Below are positions 60,023 to 64,000 of a stretch of 64,000 nt of DNA, one piece after another (the stretch's first letter is position 1; every line of letters begins with the position of its first letter). Source of the stretch: Candidatus Eiseniibacteriota bacterium. GTDB lineage: Bacteria; Eisenbacteria; RBG-16-71-46. Position numbers and translations under genes: made by a program. The DNA is taken from NCBI GenBank assembly GCA_041483195.1, contig JBGPFC010000019.1:13785-77784 (forward strand). The letters are read 5' to 3'. The notes beneath the pieces were generated by a model. That model was not told the DNA's origin and ran no database searches. It saw only the letters and a list, made by a program, of their open reading frames with translations.

Positions 60023-61857
60023 TGCCCGAGCCCATGGAGATCCACGAACACGACGTGCTGGTGATCGGCGCGGGCGGCGCGGGGCTGCGCGCCGCGATCG
60101 AAGCCTCGGCCGCGGGCGCCTCGGTGGGGCTCGTGACCAAGTCGCTGCTCGGCAAGGCGCACACCGTGATGGCGGAGGGCGGCATCGCGGCCGCGCTCGC
60201 GAACGTCGATCCGCAGGACGGCTGGCAGACGCACTTCCAGGACACCATGAAGGGCGGGTCGTTCCTGAACCACTGGCGCATGGCGCAGCTCCACGCGCAG
60301 GAGTCGCCCGATCGCGTGCGCGAGCTGGAGCAGTGGGGCGCGCTCTTCGATCGCACCACCGACGGCCGCATCCTTCAGCGCGCGTTCGGCGGGCACAAGT
60401 GGAAGCGGCTCGCCCACGTCGGCGACCGCACCGGGCTCGAGATGATCCGCACGCTGCAAGACCGCGGCGTGCACATGGGCCTCGAGGTGTACATGGAGTG
60501 CACCATCACCCGGCTGTTCGTCGACGGCGGGCGCATCGCGGGCGCGCTCGCGTATTGGCGCGAGAGCGGGCGCTTCGTGCTGTTCCGCTGCAAGGCGATC
60601 GTCATCGCGACCGGCGGCGTGGGCAAGTCGTTCAAGATCACGTCGAACTCGTGGGAATACACGGGCGACGGCCAGGCGCTCGCCCTCCAGGCCGGCGCTG
60701 AGCTGATCGACATGGAGTTCGTGCAGTTCCATCCCACCGGCATGGTGTGGCCGCCGGGCGTGATCGGCCTGCTCGTCACCGAGGGCGTGCGCGGCGAGGG
60801 CGGCGTGCTGCGCAACAACAAGGGCGAGCGCTTCATGTGGAAGTACCTGCCCGAGGCGCGGCGCCACGAGTACGCGGCCGACGAGGCCGAGGCGCGCCGC
60901 TGGCTCGATGCCTCGGTCGCGATGAAGCAGACCGACGCGCGCCGGCCGCCCGAGCTTTCGACCCGCGACAACGTGGCGCGCGCGATCTACACCGAGGTCA
61001 CGGAGGGCCGCGGCTCGCCGCACGGCGGCGTGTTCCTCGACATCAGCTACCTGCCCGCCGACCGCGTGATCAAGAAGCTGCCATCGATGTACCAGCAGTT
61101 CCTGGAGCTGGCGGACGTGGACATCACGAAGATCCCGATGGAGATCGGGCCCACCACGCACTACATGATGGGCGGGGTTCGGGTGGACCCCGACACCGCG
61201 GCCGCGACCGTGCCCGGGCTGTTCGCGGCGGGCGAAGCCGCGGCCGGGCTCCACGGCGCGAACCGGCTCGGCGGCAACTCGCTGAGCGACCTCGTCGTGT
61301 TCGGCCGCCGCGCGGGCGCGGGGGCCGCTGCGTACGCGAAGAGCCACGCCGGCGCGCGCACGATCGCGCAGTCCGAGATCGATGCCGAGATCCGCGACCT
61401 GCTCGCGCCCTTCGATCGGCCGAGCGGCGAGAGCCCCTACGACGTGCACCGCGCCCTCCAGGAGTGCATGCAGACCAACGTCGGCATCTTCCGCCTGCAG
61501 GAGGAGCTCGAGCGCGCGGTCGGGGCCCTGGCCGGGCTCAAGGCCCGCGCCGCGAAGGTGCGGGTCGAGGGCTCTCGCGTGTACAACCCGGGCTGGCACC
61601 TGGCGCGCGATCTTCAGAACATGATCACCGTGTCGGAGGCGATCACGCGCAGCGCCATGCTGCGCAAGGAGAGCCGGGGCGCGCACTCGCGCCTCGACCA
61701 CCCCGCGATCGATCCCGCGCTCGGCAAGGTCAACATCTGCTGCGCGCAGTCCGGCGCCGAGATGAAGGTCGGCCCCACGCCGCTGCCCGAGATGCCGGCC
61801 GAGCTCAAGGCGTTGTTCGAGCCGGCGCCGCAGCCGGCCGGAGGGAAGGCGTCATGA
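60022..61857 (+). CDS. sdhA: Succinate dehydrogenase/fumarate reductase flavoprotein
   Basis: GAGGAG, KAHTVMAEGG, QFHPT, EGVRGEGG, HYMMGG, HGANRLGGNSL, RKESRGAH. Confidence 0.97.
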   Translation: MPEPMEIHEHDVLVIGAGGAGLRAAIEASAAGASVGLVTKSLLGKAHTVMAEGGIAAALANVDPQDGWQTHFQDTMKGGSFLNHWRMAQLHAQESPDRVRELEQWGALFDRTTDGRILQRAFGGHKWKRLAHVGDRTGLEMIRTLQDRGVHMGLEVYMECTITRLFVDGGRIAGALAYWRESGRFVLFRCKAIVIATGGVGKSFKITSNSWEYTGDGQALALQAGAELIDMEFVQFHPTGMVWPPGVIGLLVTEGVRGEGGVLRNNKGERFMWKYLPEARRHEYAADEAEARRWLDASVAMKQTDARRPPELSTRDNVARAIYTEVTEGRGSPHGGVFLDISYLPADRVIKKLPSMYQQFLELADVDITKIPMEIGPTTHYMMGGVRVDPDTAAATVPGLFAAGEAAAGLHGANRLGGNSLSDLVVFGRRAGAGAAAYAKSHAGARTIAQSEIDAEIRDLLAPFDRPSGESPYDVHRALQECMQTNVGIFRLQEELERAVGALAGLKARAAKVRVEGSRVYNPGWHLARDLQNMITVSEAITRSAMLRKESRGAHSRLDHPAIDPALGKVNICCAQSGAEMKVGPTPLPEMPAELKALFEPAPQPAGGKAS

Positions 61858-62624
61858 GCGCGGCCCACGGCGGCACCCCGTCAGGCGGCACCCGTGAGGC
61901 GATCTTCCGCGTGTATCGCGGCGACGCGAGCGGCGGACAGGAGGTCGAGTACAAGGTGCCGGTCGAGACCGGCATGGTGGTGCTCGACGCCATCCACTGG
62001 ATCCAGGCGCATCAGGCCCCCGACCTCGCGGTGCGCTGGAACTGCAAGGCCGCGAAGTGCGGATCGTGCAGCGCCGAGGTGGACGGCAAGCCCGCGCTGA
62101 TGTGCAAGTCGCGGCTCGATCACTTCGATCCCGCCGAGCCCATCACCGTGCGCCCGATGAAGACGTTCCCGATCGTCAAGGACCTCGTGACCGACGTGAA
62201 GTGGAACTACGAGGTCAACAAGCGCATCCAGCCGTTCACGCCCAGGCCCAACGCCGAATGGAAGTGGCAGCAGGACGACGTGGACCGCGTGCAGGAATTC
62301 CGCAAGTGCATCGAGTGCTTCCTGTGCCAGGACGTGTGCCACGTGCTGCGCACCCACGAGCTGAAGCACCAGTTCGCGGGGCCGCGCTTCTTCGTGCGCA
62401 TCGCGGGGCTCGAGATGCACCCGCTGGACGGCGCCGACCGCACCGGCTTCCTGAAGGACGACGCCGGGATCGGGCTCTGCAACATCACCAAATGCTGCAC
62501 GGAAGTCTGCCCCGAGAACATCCACATCACCGACAACGCGATCATCCCGCTCAAGGAGCGCGTCGTGGACCGCCACTACGATCCGGTGATGAAGCTGTGG
62601 AGGATCGTGAGCGGGAAGGGGTAG
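61854..62624 (+). CDS. sdhB: Succinate dehydrogenase iron-sulfur subunit
   Basis: RWNCKAAKCGSC, CIECFLCQDVC, CNITKCCTEVCP. Confidence 0.96.
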   Translation: MSAAHGGTPSGGTREAIFRVYRGDASGGQEVEYKVPVETGMVVLDAIHWIQAHQAPDLAVRWNCKAAKCGSCSAEVDGKPALMCKSRLDHFDPAEPITVRPMKTFPIVKDLVTDVKWNYEVNKRIQPFTPRPNAEWKWQQDDVDRVQEFRKCIECFLCQDVCHVLRTHELKHQFAGPRFFVRIAGLEMHPLDGADRTGFLKDDAGIGLCNITKCCTEVCPENIHITDNAIIPLKERVVDRHYDPVMKLWRIVSGKG

Positions 62625-62631
62625 GCGGGCG

Positions 62632-63999
62632 CTATCGGATCACGACCGCGCGCTTGACCAGCGAGCGATCCGACTGGGTGAGTCGGAGCCAGTACACGCC
62701 CGGCGGCGTGCGGCGCGATTCGTTGAGGCGGACCAAGTGCCGCCCCGCGCCGAGGTCGCCCACTTCGCGCTCGGCGAGTTGACGGCCGGCGATGTCGAGC
62801 AGCTCGAGCGAGGCACGCCCGGATCGCGGGAGTGTGAACGCGACGTTGAGCGCACCCACAGCGGGGTTGGGGAGCGCACCTTCGAGCGCGAGGGCGAGCG
62901 CTGCGGGAACGTCCACCCAGGTCTCGGCGCTGAATTGCTCGGTGGCCGACTCGATCCAACTCAAGCGATAGGCATACCGTGTGGCCGGCGAAACATTCGT
63001 GTCCTCGAACGCGAGGCGGCCACTGCCATCGAATGAAACACGCCCGACGATCGTCCAATCTTCGCCCGCGCGATGCCTTTGGATTGTGACATCGGACAGG
63101 GTTCCTTCCCCCCGATGCCAGACCAGCGTGACGCGATCGGGCAGCGCTTCGATGCTCGTGAGCGAGATCAGCGTCGCGGTGGGACCGTCACCGCTATAGC
63201 GCTGGGCGTAGATCTGATTCTGGATTCCGTTGCGAAAGTCATCCCACGTCACGATTGCTCCGCCGCCACCATCCGGGCTGATTGCCAGGCTGCCCTGTTC
63301 GCTCGCCGGTAGATCCACCAGCGCAATCCCTGAAGTCGGCCAGCCGGGCGCGAGCCCGCCGCCCGCCGTCAGGTGCTGCACATAACCCTTATTGATGAAG
63401 GCGTCCACCAACGCAACGTACGCACCGCCGCTGCCGTCCGGGGCGAGGCGCGGCAGCGCCTGATACCCGGGGATATCGCTAACCAGGTTCCCGCCCGGCT
63501 GCCAACCGGGGGCGAGTGTGCCGTCACGTCTGAGGCGCGACACATAGGCCCGCACCACCGGATAGTCGCGCAGGTCGTACCAGGCCACCATCACCCCGCC
63601 CGCGCTGTCGGGGACCACACTCGTCAGTAACTGGGTATCGTTGAACACCGCCACCGGGTACCCAGTCGCCGGCCAGCCCGGCGCGATCGAGCCATCGCTG
63701 AGGATCCGGGTCGCGTAAACGTCGGCGTCCGAAAAGTACGGATCGAGCCCGTACTGCCAGCCGATGTACGCACCACCCACCCCATCCGAGATCACGCCCC
63801 ACACCACCGCCGCGCGTCCACCCACGATGATCTGCTTGCCGTCCACGGGCCAGCCCGCCGCGATCTCCCCCGACCAGGTCACGCGCTGAGCGTAGATCTC
63901 GATGCACGTTCCCGGACAGTTGCGATTGTCGCTCCAGGCGACGATGAAGCCGCCCTCGCCGTCGGGGGCGAGCTCGGTTCCCCCCTGCGCGAGCGGCGG
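62632..63999 (-). CDS. Secreted repeat (beta-propeller-like) protein with T9SS-type C-terminal domain (5' partial)
   Basis: Frame is open to the window edge; repeats DG.GG..V.W.D.R...YAQR and PGWP..G; C-terminal PNP...DIAGR...GVYWLRL. Confidence 0.85.
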   Translation of the reverse strand, partial: PPLAQGGTELAPDGEGGFIVAWSDNRNCPGTCIEIYAQRVTWSGEIAAGWPVDGKQIIVGGRAAVVWGVISDGVGGAYIGWQYGLDPYFSDADVYATRILSDGSIAPGWPATGYPVAVFNDTQLLTSVVPDSAGGVMVAWYDLRDYPVVRAYVSRLRRDGTLAPGWQPGGNLVSDIPGYQALPRLAPDGSGGAYVALVDAFINKGYVQHLTAGGGLAPGWPTSGIALVDLPASEQGSLAISPDGGGGAIVTWDDFRNGIQNQIYAQRYSGDGPTATLISLTSIEALPDRVTLVWHRGEGTLSDVTIQRHRAGEDWTIVGRVSFDGSGRLAFEDTNVSPATRYAYRLSWIESATEQFSAETWVDVPAALALALEGALPNPAVGALNVAFTLPRSGRASLELLDIAGRQLAEREVGDLGAGRHLVRLNESRRTPPGVYWLRLTQSDRSLVKRAVVIR

Positions 64000-64000
64000 G

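Overview
High-GC bacterial window; Por/FlgD-type C-terminal domains plus a PorV-like gene suggest an FCB-group lineage such as Ca. Eisenbacteria (inference). The left ~40 kb is one large respiratory island. It holds the 3' end of an MtrB/PioB-type porin, two paralogous Rieske-cytochrome b-nonaheme modules, an 18-heme NapC/NirT-type protein, two CbcL-like c/b fusions (19 and 13 CxxCH), a pentaheme with a Cyc2-like N-terminus and a diheme lipoprotein (75 CxxCH counted in 2-17 kb). It continues with a PAS kinase/sigma-54 activator pair, a clade II nos cluster with nnrS, and a full cbb3 oxidase operon. Main observations: (1) the cytochrome b at 915-2048 has lost both heme bH His ligands and has PPWY for PEWY, while its paralog is canonical; (2) five GG-N10-GC sigma-54 promoters each lie ~90-100 bp from paired TGTCA-N3-TGACA-like boxes, which suggests one regulon; (3) a compositionally foreign P-loop NTPase-Mrr-like nuclease gene (candidate defence) is inserted in the island; (4) a three-gene signal-less cassette of transthyretin-like, LysM, OmpA and PG-binding domains lies at 56-59 kb. 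The rest encodes secreted proteins, NrdJ, transporters and a mycobacterial Sdh1-type succinate dehydrogenase. No rRNA, tRNA, CRISPR or transposase was seen. All calls come from manual motif reading, not database searches.
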